Origin: Solirubrobacterales bacterium
Lineage (GTDB): Bacteria; Actinomycetota; Thermoleophilia; Solirubrobacterales; JACPNS01
Length of the DNA: 64,000 nt
Direction of reading: 5' to 3'
Assembly: GCA_051306435.1 (NCBI GenBank)
Contig: JBPPNF010000040.1
Location: 5,958 to 69,957 of the forward strand
The position numbers and the translations under genes are program-made. The notes under the pieces were generated by a model. That model did no database searches, was not told the origin of the DNA, and saw only the letters and a program-made list of their open reading frames with translations. Every line of letters begins with the position of its first letter. The stretch's first letter is position 1. Below are positions 19,403-28,805 of this stretch, one piece after another.

Positions 19403-20461
19403 GTGAGACCCCCTGTCATGGAGCCCACCACAATGACCAATCCGCCGGAGACCGAGCCCCGCACTCGGAAGACTGAGATCACCGACGGCGCAAAGCGCAT
19501 GATGGTCGTGTCCGGTCGCGCCAGCGGCGAGTTGGCCGGCAGGATCGCCGACCGCCTTGATGTGGATCTCTCTCCCGTCACGCTCAAAACCTTCTCCAAC
19601 GGCGAGATCTACGCGCGCTTCGAAGAATCCGTCCGTGGCGCAGATGTCTTCATCATCCAGTCCACCTGCGGCAACGAGGCCGCCGGTGTCAACGCGAACG
19701 ACGCACTGATGGAACTGCTCGTGATGATCGACGCCGCCGTCGGCGCGTCAGCTCACCGAGTGATCGCCGTTGCGCCGTGGTACGGCTACTCGCGCCAGGA
19801 CAAGAAGTCCGCGCCGCGCGAGCCGATCACCGCGCGCCTGGTGGCGAAGATGATCGAGGGTGCGGGCGCCGACCGCGTCCTCTCGATGGACCTCCACGCC
19901 GGCCAGGTCCAGGGCTTCTTCCACAAGCCGCTCGACCACATGACCGCGATGCCGATCCTCACGCAGTACATCAAGGACCAGCACCTCGGCGAAGATCTTG
20001 TGGTCGTCTCGCCGGATGCCGGCCGCGTGAAGCTGGCGAAGAAGTTCGCGCAGAAGCTCGGCGCAGAGCTCGCGATCCTGAACAAGGAGCGCCCCGCCCA
20101 CCAGGTGGCCGAGATCGGCTACGTGATCGGTGACGTCAAAGGCAGGACCGCGATTCTTGTGGACGACATGATCGACACCGCCGGCACGCTCTGCGCGGCG
20201 GCTCAGACCGTCCATGACGAGGGCGCAAGCCGCGTCATCGCCGCCGCCACGCACCCGGTGCTCAGCGGTCACGCGTTTGAGAACCTCGAGAACTCGCCGC
20301 TTGAGCACATCGTCGTCACCGACACGATCCCGCTGCGCCCGGGCGCGCCGGACAAGATCAAGGTGATCACCGTCGCCGACATCCTCACGGACTCGATCCG
20401 TCGCATCTTCAGCGACGACTCCGTCAGCGAAATCTTCGCCGGCGAGAATCAGCTCTTCTAG
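19403..20461 (+). CDS. prs: ribose-phosphate diphosphokinase
   Basis: FSNGEIYARFEESVRGADVFIIQS and DLHAGQVQGFF motifs, plus the PRPP-binding loop ILVDDMIDTAGT. The start is uncertain: GTG at 19403 (after AAGGAAGG), or ATG at 19418 or 19433. Confidence 0.95.
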   Translation: MRPPVMEPTTMTNPPETEPRTRKTEITDGAKRMMVVSGRASGELAGRIADRLDVDLSPVTLKTFSNGEIYARFEESVRGADVFIIQSTCGNEAAGVNANDALMELLVMIDAAVGASAHRVIAVAPWYGYSRQDKKSAPREPITARLVAKMIEGAGADRVLSMDLHAGQVQGFFHKPLDHMTAMPILTQYIKDQHLGEDLVVVSPDAGRVKLAKKFAQKLGAELAILNKERPAHQVAEIGYVIGDVKGRTAILVDDMIDTAGTLCAAAQTVHDEGASRVIAAATHPVLSGHAFENLENSPLEHIVVTDTIPLRPGAPDKIKVITVADILTDSIRRIFSDDSVSEIFAGENQLF

Positions 20462-20465
20462 ACCG

Positions 20466-21362
20466 ATGGATTCTTCCGGGGTCTTTCGCACGCCGGACGA
20501 TCGCTTCGCCGCACTCCCGGATTTTCCGTGGGAGCCGCACTACATCGAGTCCGATGGCCTGCGTGTCGCCTACGTCGACGAGGGCTCGGGGCCGATCGTT
20601 TTTCTGCTGCACGGGATGCCCTCCTGGAGCTACCTCTGGCGCGACGTCATCCCGCCACTGCTCGAAGCCGGATATCGCTGCGTGGCGCCCGATCTGATCG
20701 GCTTCGGCCGATCGGACAAGCCCACTGCCGTTGAGGACTACTCCTACCCACGCCATGTCGCGGCGGTCGCGGCGGTGCTCGATGAGGTGGCGCCTGATCA
20801 GCCGGTGCACTTCGTGATGCACGACTGGGGCGGGCCGATCGGCACTCTCGTCGCCGCAGACAATCAGGACCGCATCGCGAGCACGACGATGATGGACACC
20901 GGCTTCAACACCGGCGACTTCAAGATGAGCGAGAACTGGCGCGCCTTCCGCGACTTCGTCGCCAGCACCGAGGATCTCCCGATCGGTTTCCTGATCAAGG
21001 GCGCAGTCGCTCGCGGACTCACCGATGATGTCTTCGCCGCCTACGAGGCACCTTTCCCAAATCGCGAATCAAAGGCCGGCGCACGCGCCTTCCCGCCGAT
21101 GATCCCGACCACCGAGGATCACCCGGATGCAATCGAAGGGCGCCGCGCGCTTGAGGCGTTCGCCGCAGGTCAATGGCCCAAGCTCGTGCTCTGGGCCGAC
21201 AAGGACCCGGTGCTCCCGCGCACGCTCGGCGACGTGTTGGCGGCGCGAATCAACGCCGGCTCCGCGATCACGATCGAAGACGCCGGGCACTTTCTTCAGG
21301 AGGACGCCGGCAGTGAGATCGGTCAGCGGATCGCCAACTTCCTGACCGTCTCAGCCAGCTGA
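20466..21362 (+). CDS. haloalkane dehalogenase-like alpha/beta hydrolase
   Basis: 298 aa. Carries LHGMPSWSYLWRDVIPPL, CVAPDLIGFGRSDKP and the nucleophile elbow HDWGGPIG. Confidence 0.85.
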   Translation: MDSSGVFRTPDDRFAALPDFPWEPHYIESDGLRVAYVDEGSGPIVFLLHGMPSWSYLWRDVIPPLLEAGYRCVAPDLIGFGRSDKPTAVEDYSYPRHVAAVAAVLDEVAPDQPVHFVMHDWGGPIGTLVAADNQDRIASTTMMDTGFNTGDFKMSENWRAFRDFVASTEDLPIGFLIKGAVARGLTDDVFAAYEAPFPNRESKAGARAFPPMIPTTEDHPDAIEGRRALEAFAAGQWPKLVLWADKDPVLPRTLGDVLAARINAGSAITIEDAGHFLQEDAGSEIGQRIANFLTVSAS

Positions 21363-22520
21363 AGCACGGGCGCTGAGCGCCTCTTGATAGAGCGCTTCGA
21401 GCCGCGGCACGAACGCATCCTCGCTGTACTGCTCACGGGCGCGCTCAAGCGCGCGGGCACCGGCCGAGGCGCGTTCGGCGGGATCATCGACCAGGCGGCG
21501 CATCACGCCGGCCAGCGCCGACGCATCGCCCGCCGCCGTGACCAGCTCCGGCTCGGTCAGCTCGGGCAGGCCGCCGCGGTCGCTGGTCAGAAGCGGCAGA
21601 CCGGCGGCCAATGACTCGAGCGCCGAGAGCGGCAGCACCTCGCGCCACTGCGACGGGACGATCGCGAAAGCGGCACCCATGCGCGCCGCGACGAGCGCCT
21701 GGCCGTCGATCCGACCGAGAAAGTCCACCGGCGCATTGAGCTCGTCAACCAGCTTGCGCGCGCGGATGGCCTCCGGCCCGTCACCGGCCACGCGCAGCGG
21801 TACGCCGGACTCGGCGGCGGCGGCGATCGCCACGAGGATGCCCTTCTCGCTGGCGATGCGGCCGACGAACAGCGCGTACTCGCCGCCGGCGGCCTGCGAC
21901 TCGCGCACGAACTCGCTGTCGGGCAGCCAGCTGGGCAGGACGGTGAGGGGTAGATCGAATCCAAGGCCCGAGAGGTCGTCGCCGAGCTGGCGCACCGGCG
22001 CCGCGAAGCGATCCACCGCGGCGATCAGCGGCGCCTGCCCGCGCGCGAGCCCGGCGGCATAGGTCGCCGCCTCCGGCAAGGATCCGCGGCAGTTGTGGAT
22101 CAGCCCACGCGTCATGTTGCGCGGCGCGCATTCGGTGCAGTCGGATCCTGCACGCCAAGCGGTGCCGATCGCGCAGAAGAGGCGGTAGTTGTGCAGGTGC
22201 AGGATCGTGGCCGCACCGGCTTCGCGTGCAGCGGCGAGCGCCCGGTGACCGAGCGTCGGATGAACGTTGTGCGCGTGGACGATGTTCGCGCCGCTCTCGC
22301 GCACCAACTCCCCAACCTGCCCGGCGTTGATCCCGCCTCGCACCATCCCGACCGCGGCGAGCGGCGCAGAGATGTCGCTGCTTGACCGCTCAAGCAGCGA
22401 CACCGACGCGGCGCGCCGGTCGAGCAGATCGACCAGTTGCGCCGCGAAGCGCTCCTCGCCGCCGGCGATCCGGTAACGGTTGTGAAGCACAAGAACGCGC
22501 TGCTCTGAGAGTCCGGCCAT
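21351..22520 (-). CDS. glycosyltransferase family 4 (GT-B)
   Basis: 389 aa from the internal Met (MAGLSEQRVLVLHNRY...) of ORF 21351..23099. C-terminal GT1/GT4 core (FVGRIASEKG, PSQWREVLPLSALESLAAGLPLL). Its 3' end overlaps the dehalogenase gene by 12 nt. Confidence 0.85.
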   Translation of the reverse strand: MAGLSEQRVLVLHNRYRIAGGEERFAAQLVDLLDRRAASVSLLERSSSDISAPLAAVGMVRGGINAGQVGELVRESGANIVHAHNVHPTLGHRALAAAREAGAATILHLHNYRLFCAIGTAWRAGSDCTECAPRNMTRGLIHNCRGSLPEAATYAAGLARGQAPLIAAVDRFAAPVRQLGDDLSGLGFDLPLTVLPSWLPDSEFVRESQAAGGEYALFVGRIASEKGILVAIAAAAESGVPLRVAGDGPEAIRARKLVDELNAPVDFLGRIDGQALVAARMGAAFAIVPSQWREVLPLSALESLAAGLPLLTSDRGGLPELTEPELVTAAGDASALAGVMRRLVDDPAERASAGARALERAREQYSEDAFVPRLEALYQEALSARASAG

Positions 22521-22703
22521 CGGGCCGATCCTAGAGATTGCGGACGGTCCGTTTGACTTTTCGGCGTGCGGGGCAGCCCGAGAGTTACGTGCAAGATTCG
22601 TGGCGCGATGCAACTTTCGGGCGCACGGGGGTTTATTGCCCTGTACGGCTCGGTATTCGTTACCCATGGGTTCCCGCGACAGGACCAGAGGAGGTAACCC
22701 GCT

Positions 22704-23321
22704 TTGGTAGTTTGCAAGAGAATGGCCCACCCCAGAACCAGGACAACTGCTGCGACCTTCGCTGTAGCTGCACTGCTCATGTCCATCGGCGCAGGCAGCG
22801 CGAGCGCATCGGTCAGTGACATCTACACCGCCTGCGGGCAGGGCGGATCGCTCAGCGGCTACTCCAAGGCCGAGCTTCAGGCGGCGCTCGGCGGCGTACC
22901 CGCCGACCTCGACGAATATTACGGGTGCACCGCGCAGATAGACGCAGCGCTGGTCAATCTGGCGACGAAGGACATTCCCGGTGGCGGAAAGTCCGGCGTG
23001 AAGGGCACCAAGCAGAAGCTCAAGTCCGCAAGCGTCAACGACCTCACCACTCCGGCCGAGCGCAAGAAGTTGCAGGCTCAGGTCGCGCGCGAGACCCAAC
23101 TCGACACCTCCGAACCACTCACCGAGAACTCGGATCCGGCGATCTCAGAAGCTGCGGGCCAGACGCTCGCATCTGCCGCCTCCCCGGGCACACCGACCGC
23201 GCTGATCATCGGCGTGCTCGGACTACTCGTACTGTTCGGCGCAGATCTGGCTGGACGGCTTGGCAAAATGCCCCGCGTGAAGAAGCTCTTGCCCCGGTCC
23301 GGACAGCGTGACGACGCCTGA
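22704..23321 (+). CDS. hypothetical exported protein with C-terminal TM anchor
   Basis: TTG start 9 nt after GAGGAGG. Signal-like AATFAVAALLMSIGAGSASA. C-terminal helix ALIIGVLGLLVLFGADLAG. No family recognised. Confidence 0.5.
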   Translation: MVVCKRMAHPRTRTTAATFAVAALLMSIGAGSASASVSDIYTACGQGGSLSGYSKAELQAALGGVPADLDEYYGCTAQIDAALVNLATKDIPGGGKSGVKGTKQKLKSASVNDLTTPAERKKLQAQVARETQLDTSEPLTENSDPAISEAAGQTLASAASPGTPTALIIGVLGLLVLFGADLAGRLGKMPRVKKLLPRSGQRDDA

Positions 23322-25461
23322 CGCGCAGCCTCAGAGCAGCCCGCAGAATGAACTGAGTCCGCTGGCCGCGGCGCTCACGACCGCTGCTCTGCTCACCTTC
23401 GCGGCGCTGTTCGCAGGAGTTCAGTCGAGCGGTGTTCGCGCAGGAGTGGTCGAAGTGCTCGCCGTGCTCATCGCGACCGCTGCCTTCGGGCGCGCCGCTT
23501 ACATGGGCACATTGCCACGGCCTTTCAACGCATCGCTCGGGCTGATTCTCATGGCGCTGTTCGCCGGCGTCACCGCGATCTCGGTCGGCTGGTCGCTCGT
23601 GCCCAACGCCACTCTGCTGGACGCGATCCGGTTGATCGCCTACACCTGCGTGCTCGCCCTGGCGGCGCTGCTGGCCCAGAACCAGCAGAAGCGCGCACGT
23701 GAGATTCTGCTCGGCGCCGGACTGGCCGCGCTGCTTCTGGTGACCTATGCGCTGCTGTCACGCGTGATCCCGGGGATCTTCCCCGAGACCGACAACTTCG
23801 CCCGTGTCCGACTGCCGTTCGGCTACTGGAACGCCGTCGCATGCGTCGGCGCGATCGGCATGCTGATTGCGCTCTGGGCCGGAACGCGCCGCAGTGCACC
23901 GCGCTGGCTAGAGGTCATTTCTTATCCCGCCGGCGGACTCTGTTTTGCGGCGATCATGCTCGCCCAGTCGCGCGGCGCGCTGACCGCGCTCGTGATCGTG
24001 CTCGGCATCTGGGCGCTGCTCGTGCCGCAGCGCCTGCGCAGTGCCGGCTGGCTGGCAGTGGTCGGCGTAGCCACGATGATCGTTGTCCTGTGGGCGTACA
24101 ACAAGTCAGCGCTGAGCACCGACGGGGTGCCGTTCGCTGATCGCAAATCCGCCGGTCTGCAGCTCGGACTCGCCCTGATCCTCCTGAGTTCCGCCCTCGC
24201 CGGCGCTGGCCTGCTCATCCACAAGCTGCGTTACGAGCGCCCCCTCGTGGAGGCGAAGCGCAGGAGCATCGGCCGCGGGATTCTCGTGACGCTCGCGATC
24301 GCGCCGATCGCGTTCGTGATTGCGGTGAGCGTCGGCAGCGAGAACGGCTTCTCGACGCTGACCGACAAGGCCGACGGCCTGATCTCCCTGAGCGCCGTGC
24401 CGCCCGCCAACTCGCCCGACCGCCTGACGCAGACTTCCTCCCTGCGCGGTCGCTACTGGTGGGACGCGAACAACGTCTTTGAAGCCCACACGGAGCGCGG
24501 AACCGGCGGCGACACATTCGGCGTCGCGCGACTGCCCTACCGCGCCGACCAGATCAACGCAGCGCATGCGCACGGGATGGTCCCGCAGGTCGCGTCGGAT
24601 CTTGGCGTGCTCGGGCTGCTCGTTCTGTTCGCACTCACAGGGGTGTGGCTGGTCGCGGCGTTCAAACTTGCCGGCGCCGCGATGCGCGCTCCCTGGAGCT
24701 GGCTGCGCGAGTCCGACGAGACCCGCCTGGCCTCGGTTTCGCTGATGCTCGTCGCACTTATCTTCGGTCTGCACTCGGCGATCGACTGGGTCTGGTTCAT
24801 TCCGGGAGTCGCCTTCTTCGGGCTGCTCGGTGGCGGCTGGACGCTCGGCTCGCCAGCGGCCCACTCGCCGTTGGAGTCCACCGTCGTCGAACCGGTGAAG
24901 GGCGGAAAGCTGCAGATCATTCGCGCGGCTGCGATCGCCGTCGTCGGGATCTCGATCGCGTATGCGGTCTACCAGCCGGTGCGCGCCGAGCGCAAGGTCG
25001 AGGCCGGCCTCGACATCGCGAGCAGCAACCCGCAGAGGGCGCTGCGCCTGGGCGAGGATGCGCTCAAGCTCGATCCAACCTCGGCCGATGCGTTCATTCT
25101 TGTGTCGGTCGCCCAGAGCAACGGCGGCAGGCAACAGGCCGCCGAGATGACGCTCGCCGATCTCACCGCGCAACAACCGGGGAACCCGACCGCCTGGCTG
25201 CGCCTCGCGCGTTTTCGCCTGATGCAGCTGCAGGACCCCGACGGCGCGATCCGCGCGCTGCGGCCGCTGCTGTACCAGAGCCCGAACAACCTCGAGGGCG
25301 TCCAGCTGTTCGAAGCAGCGCGCAAGGCCAAGACTGACGCCCTGCTCGAGAAGCTCGCCGAGAAGAAGCGCAAGGAACTTCGCAAGCGGCTCGACCAGCT
25401 CGAAGAGCTGCAGAAGCAGGCCGCCGAGGGCGCTGCCGTGGCACCGCCGGTCACCACCTGA
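23308..25461 (+). CDS. O-antigen ligase/polymerase-like (Wzy_C) polytopic membrane protein with C-terminal TPR domain
   Basis: 717 aa with many TM helices. Carries the LAQSRGALTALVIVLG and AHAHGMVPQVASDLGVLG motifs typical of O-antigen ligase family proteins. The C-terminal ~170 aa are TPR-like. Confidence 0.75.
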   Translation: MTTPDAQPQSSPQNELSPLAAALTTAALLTFAALFAGVQSSGVRAGVVEVLAVLIATAAFGRAAYMGTLPRPFNASLGLILMALFAGVTAISVGWSLVPNATLLDAIRLIAYTCVLALAALLAQNQQKRAREILLGAGLAALLLVTYALLSRVIPGIFPETDNFARVRLPFGYWNAVACVGAIGMLIALWAGTRRSAPRWLEVISYPAGGLCFAAIMLAQSRGALTALVIVLGIWALLVPQRLRSAGWLAVVGVATMIVVLWAYNKSALSTDGVPFADRKSAGLQLGLALILLSSALAGAGLLIHKLRYERPLVEAKRRSIGRGILVTLAIAPIAFVIAVSVGSENGFSTLTDKADGLISLSAVPPANSPDRLTQTSSLRGRYWWDANNVFEAHTERGTGGDTFGVARLPYRADQINAAHAHGMVPQVASDLGVLGLLVLFALTGVWLVAAFKLAGAAMRAPWSWLRESDETRLASVSLMLVALIFGLHSAIDWVWFIPGVAFFGLLGGGWTLGSPAAHSPLESTVVEPVKGGKLQIIRAAAIAVVGISIAYAVYQPVRAERKVEAGLDIASSNPQRALRLGEDALKLDPTSADAFILVSVAQSNGGRQQAAEMTLADLTAQQPGNPTAWLRLARFRLMQLQDPDGAIRALRPLLYQSPNNLEGVQLFEAARKAKTDALLEKLAEKKRKELRKRLDQLEELQKQAAEGAAVAPPVTT

Positions 25462-25552
25462 CGCGCCCGCGCGTTGCTCGCCGGGTACGGTAAGCAGTGA
25501 TCAACTCTCGTAAGTTGCGCGACTTTGCGCGCTCCGAGAAGTTTCAACACAG

Positions 25553-27079
25553 ATGACCCCGAGCACGCTCCCAGAACCAAAGGACCGCACCGCCTTCGAG
25601 CAAAGCACGGCGCTCCCGAACGGGAACGCGGGCCTTCGCGACGTGCGCGCCAAGCGGCAGAGCCTGGTCTCGATCATTTTTGATCGCCATCTGCTGATGC
25701 GCTTCTTCAACGGAGTCGCGCTCGCCGCGATGGACCTGGTGCTGCTTTTTGTCTCGCTGGTGATCGCGCTGCGCGTGAAAGCGGCGCTGACGACCGACGC
25801 GACCACGCTGGACGCCTCGATCACCTACGCGCGTGAGGTTGTTCCGTTTGCGGCACTCGTGATGTTGCTGCTGTTCACCGGCGACGGGCTCTACCGACCA
25901 CGCAACCTCAGGCCCGGTTCAGCGCGGATCATGGGCGCGTTGTTCAAGGTCACGCTCGTCACGCTCGTCTTTGCCCTGGTCGAGGACCAGCAGTTCCAGA
26001 GCTACTACATCTTCTGGAGCTCGTTCATCGTGGCCGCGGGGCTGATCGTCACGGCGCGGCTGCTCTACGACCGCACGAGCGAGCGGCTCGAAAACGTCTT
26101 CGGCCGCGAGCGTCGCGCCGTGATCGTGGGAACGAACCACCAGATCGAGGCCGTCGCCGACGCGCTCGAGCGCGCGCCGATTGTGCGCATCAAGGCGGTC
26201 GGGTTCATTTCGCTGGAGCCGCGCGCCGAGAACGGTCTGCGCGACCTCGGATCGATCGATTCGATCGAGGACCACTTCGACGAGATCGACGAAGTGATCC
26301 TCGCCGACCCGACCTTCCCGGCAGAGCAGACCGTGATGCTCGTCGACCGCTGCCACCGCGGTGGCGTGCACCTGCGCGTGGCGCCGACGACGATGGAGAT
26401 CCTGCGCGCCGACGAGGCCGAGTTCGTCCCGGGCGAAACGTTGCCGCTGTTCGAGATCAAGCCGCCGGTCCTTGAAGGCGCGGAGTTTGTGGTCAAGCGC
26501 GGGTTTGACATCCTGGTTTCTGGGCTGCTGCTGGTGATGTTCTCGCCGGTGCTGCTGTTTGCTGCGCTGGCGGTGAAGCTGACATCGAAGGGGCCGGTGT
26601 TCTTCCTCTCGCCGCGCCCGGGCCTCGGTGGCGAATCGTTCAACTGCATCAAGTTCCGCACGATGGTCACCAACGCCGAGTCGCTCCACGCCGAACTCGA
26701 AGAACACAACGAAGCCGACGGCGCAATCTTCAAGATCCGCGAGGATCCGCGCCTCACCCCGCCCGGCAGCTTCCTGCGCCGCTGGTCGATCGACGAGCTG
26801 CCGCAACTGATCAACGTCCTGAAGGGCGACATGTCGCTCGTCGGCCCGCGCCCGCTCCCGCACCGCGACTACGAGCGCCTCGAGGAGTGGCACAAGAAGC
26901 GCTACCTCGTGCTGCCCGGCCTGACCGGCCTGTGGCAGGTCTCCGGCCGCTCAGAGCTTGAATTCGACGACCTCGTGCGCCTCGACTTCCTCTACATCGA
27001 GCGCTGGAGCGTCTTCCTGGACGTGGTGATCATGCTGCGCACGATCCCTGCGGTAGTGCGCAAGCACGGCGCCTACTGA
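25553..27079 (+). CDS. polyprenyl glycosylphosphotransferase (WbaP/exopolysaccharide priming sugar transferase)
   Basis: 508 aa. Carries KRGFDILVSGLLLV, KFRTM and DELPQLINVLKGDMSLVGPRP. Confidence 0.92.
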   Translation: MTPSTLPEPKDRTAFEQSTALPNGNAGLRDVRAKRQSLVSIIFDRHLLMRFFNGVALAAMDLVLLFVSLVIALRVKAALTTDATTLDASITYAREVVPFAALVMLLLFTGDGLYRPRNLRPGSARIMGALFKVTLVTLVFALVEDQQFQSYYIFWSSFIVAAGLIVTARLLYDRTSERLENVFGRERRAVIVGTNHQIEAVADALERAPIVRIKAVGFISLEPRAENGLRDLGSIDSIEDHFDEIDEVILADPTFPAEQTVMLVDRCHRGGVHLRVAPTTMEILRADEAEFVPGETLPLFEIKPPVLEGAEFVVKRGFDILVSGLLLVMFSPVLLFAALAVKLTSKGPVFFLSPRPGLGGESFNCIKFRTMVTNAESLHAELEEHNEADGAIFKIREDPRLTPPGSFLRRWSIDELPQLINVLKGDMSLVGPRPLPHRDYERLEEWHKKRYLVLPGLTGLWQVSGRSELEFDDLVRLDFLYIERWSVFLDVVIMLRTIPAVVRKHGAY

Positions 27080-27090
27080 CCGCCGCGCTC

Positions 27091-27174
27091 CGAAAACCCG
27101 CAATTTGCGACCCACCTCTGGCACCAGGTGCCAGGGAACGCCCGCAATTTGCGCACTTTCATCCGGGGTTTTGC
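27091..27174. repeat. REP-like palindromic element upstream of the Y1 transposase
   Basis: A perfect 17-nt palindrome CTGGCACCAGGTGCCAG (27118-27134) is flanked by two perfect 13-nt direct repeats CCCGCAATTTGCG (27097-27109 and 27141-27153). The outer imperfect inverted arms are CGAAAACCCG and CGGGGTTTTGCG. Confidence 0.45.
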
Positions 27175-27218
27175 GCCCAAGGGGGGTAAATGCACGCGGC
27201 TCAAACCCTTAAACAGGT

Positions 27219-27803
27219 ATGAGCTCCCAGTACCGCCGGCGCGACTACCGGCCATACGAACTGATCCATTTCACCGTCCGGGGCCACAACCGCCGCCGCA
27301 TCTTCCACAACCAGGCCGACCACGACGAGTTCCTCGACGATGTCCGAAACCGAATTGACTTATCGCCGCCATCCCTAAGGCCCACGCTCCTCGGCTACGC
27401 CCAGATGTCCAACCACCAGCACGTCTTTATGCGCGCCGGATCTGACCCGAGCCATGCGCCAGCGATCATGCGGTCCGTCTCGATCGCCTACGCGAAGTCG
27501 TACAACTGGCGCTACGGCGGCCAGGGTCAGATCTTCCAGCAGCCCTTCCGCGGCAAAACAACCCGCACACCAGAGCACATGGTCAACGCCTTCACCTACA
27601 TCCACCTCAACCCCGACCACTCACTCCGCACAACCAACAGCTCCCACGCCTTCTACGCCGGCCTCAAAGACGACCCGCACATCGACCCGTCACTGGCATG
27701 GCAGCTGTTCGGCAACCGCGACGGCTACCTCGACTTCTTCAACGACACGAACCGCATCCGCGCGGCAAGACAGGCCGCAAAGCGCCGCTACGAAAACGGC
27801 TGA
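27219..27803 (+). mobile_element. REP-associated tyrosine transposase-like (RayT / IS200-IS605 Y1 HUH family) CDS
   Basis: 194 aa. HUH-type motif MSNHQHVFM and catalytic-Tyr motif AFTYIHLNP. There is no second IS gene and no flanking IS ends that I could define. Confidence 0.8.
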
Positions 27804-28742
27804 CTAACGCGCAAGCCGCTCGACGCCCGCAAGCTCGAGCGTCTTCTGCAGGCCGGTGCGAAGCTCGACCTGCGGCTCCCAGCCGAGCACGTCCTTGGCC
27901 AGGGTGATGTCCGGCTGGCGAACCTTCGGGTCATCGATCGGGAGCGGTTCGAAAACGATCTCACTGCGCGACTCGGTCAGCTCGATCACAGTCCTGGCCA
28001 TCTCGAGCAACGAGAGCTCAACGGGGTTGCCGATGTTGACCGGCTCGCCGTAGCCGCTCTCGGCCAAGCCGATGATGCCGCGGATCAGATCGTCGACGTA
28101 GCAGAATGAGCGCGTCTGCGACCCGTCGCCGAAGACCGTGACCGGTGCGTCCTGCAGTGCCTGGCGCAAGAAGGTCGGAATCGCGCGACCGTCCTGCGAG
28201 CGCATGCGCGAACCGTAGGTGTTGAAGATTCGGACGATCGACGTGTCCACGCCCTGCCGGCGGCGATAGGCCATCGTCAGCGCTTCGGCGTAGCGCTTGG
28301 CCTCGTCATATACACCACGTGGGCCGATCGGATTGACATTGCCCCAGTAGGTCTCGGGCTGGGGATGAATTTCTGGATCGCCGTAGACCTCGCTCGTGCT
28401 GGCCAGCAGAAGGCGCGCGCGCTTGAACTTTGCCAGTCCCAGAGCGTGATGCGTGCCGTAAGAGCCGACTTTCAACGTGTGCAGCGGCAGCCGCAGATAG
28501 TCGATTGGGCTTGCAGGTGACGCCAGGTGGTAAACGAAATCGACTTCCCCGTCGATGAAGAAGGGCTGGGTGATGTCGATATTGAGAAAGTCGAAATCTG
28601 CCGATCTGATGTGGGCAATGTTTTCGAGTGAACCAGTCTCGAGATTGTCAACGCAGACGACGCGATTTCCGCGCTCCAGGAGTGCGTCGCAAAGATGAGA
28701 TCCGAGAAAGCCGGCGCCGCCGGTTACAAGACAGACAGACAT
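27804..28742 (-). CDS. UDP-glucuronate decarboxylase (UXS-type SDR)
   Basis: 312 aa from the internal Met ([17 protein letters not shown]) of ORF 27804..29258. Carries STSEVYGDP and YDEAKRYAE (YxxxK), with the [16 protein letters not shown] region typical of UXS. Confidence 0.92.
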   Translation of the reverse strand: MSVCLVTGGAGFLGSHLCDALLERGNRVVCVDNLETGSLENIAHIRSADFDFLNIDITQPFFIDGEVDFVYHLASPASPIDYLRLPLHTLKVGSYGTHHALGLAKFKRARLLLASTSEVYGDPEIHPQPETYWGNVNPIGPRGVYDEAKRYAEALTMAYRRRQGVDTSIVRIFNTYGSRMRSQDGRAIPTFLRQALQDAPVTVFGDGSQTRSFCYVDDLIRGIIGLAESGYGEPVNIGNPVELSLLEMARTVIELTESRSEIVFEPLPIDDPKVRQPDITLAKDVLGWEPQVELRTGLQKTLELAGVERLAR

Positions 28743-28805
28743 GATGACTTCAACTGTAACGCCAATGCTTCCGCGCCCTGAGAGGCCGCCCGAAGTGCAA
28801 GCCTG

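Noticed and set aside
22521-22703. The 183-nt leader upstream of the exported protein and O-antigen-ligase genes, considered as a riboswitch (for example c-di-GMP).
   Set aside because: I could not recognise any known riboswitch consensus or a convincing conserved stem architecture by eye. An Infernal/Rfam scan would be needed.
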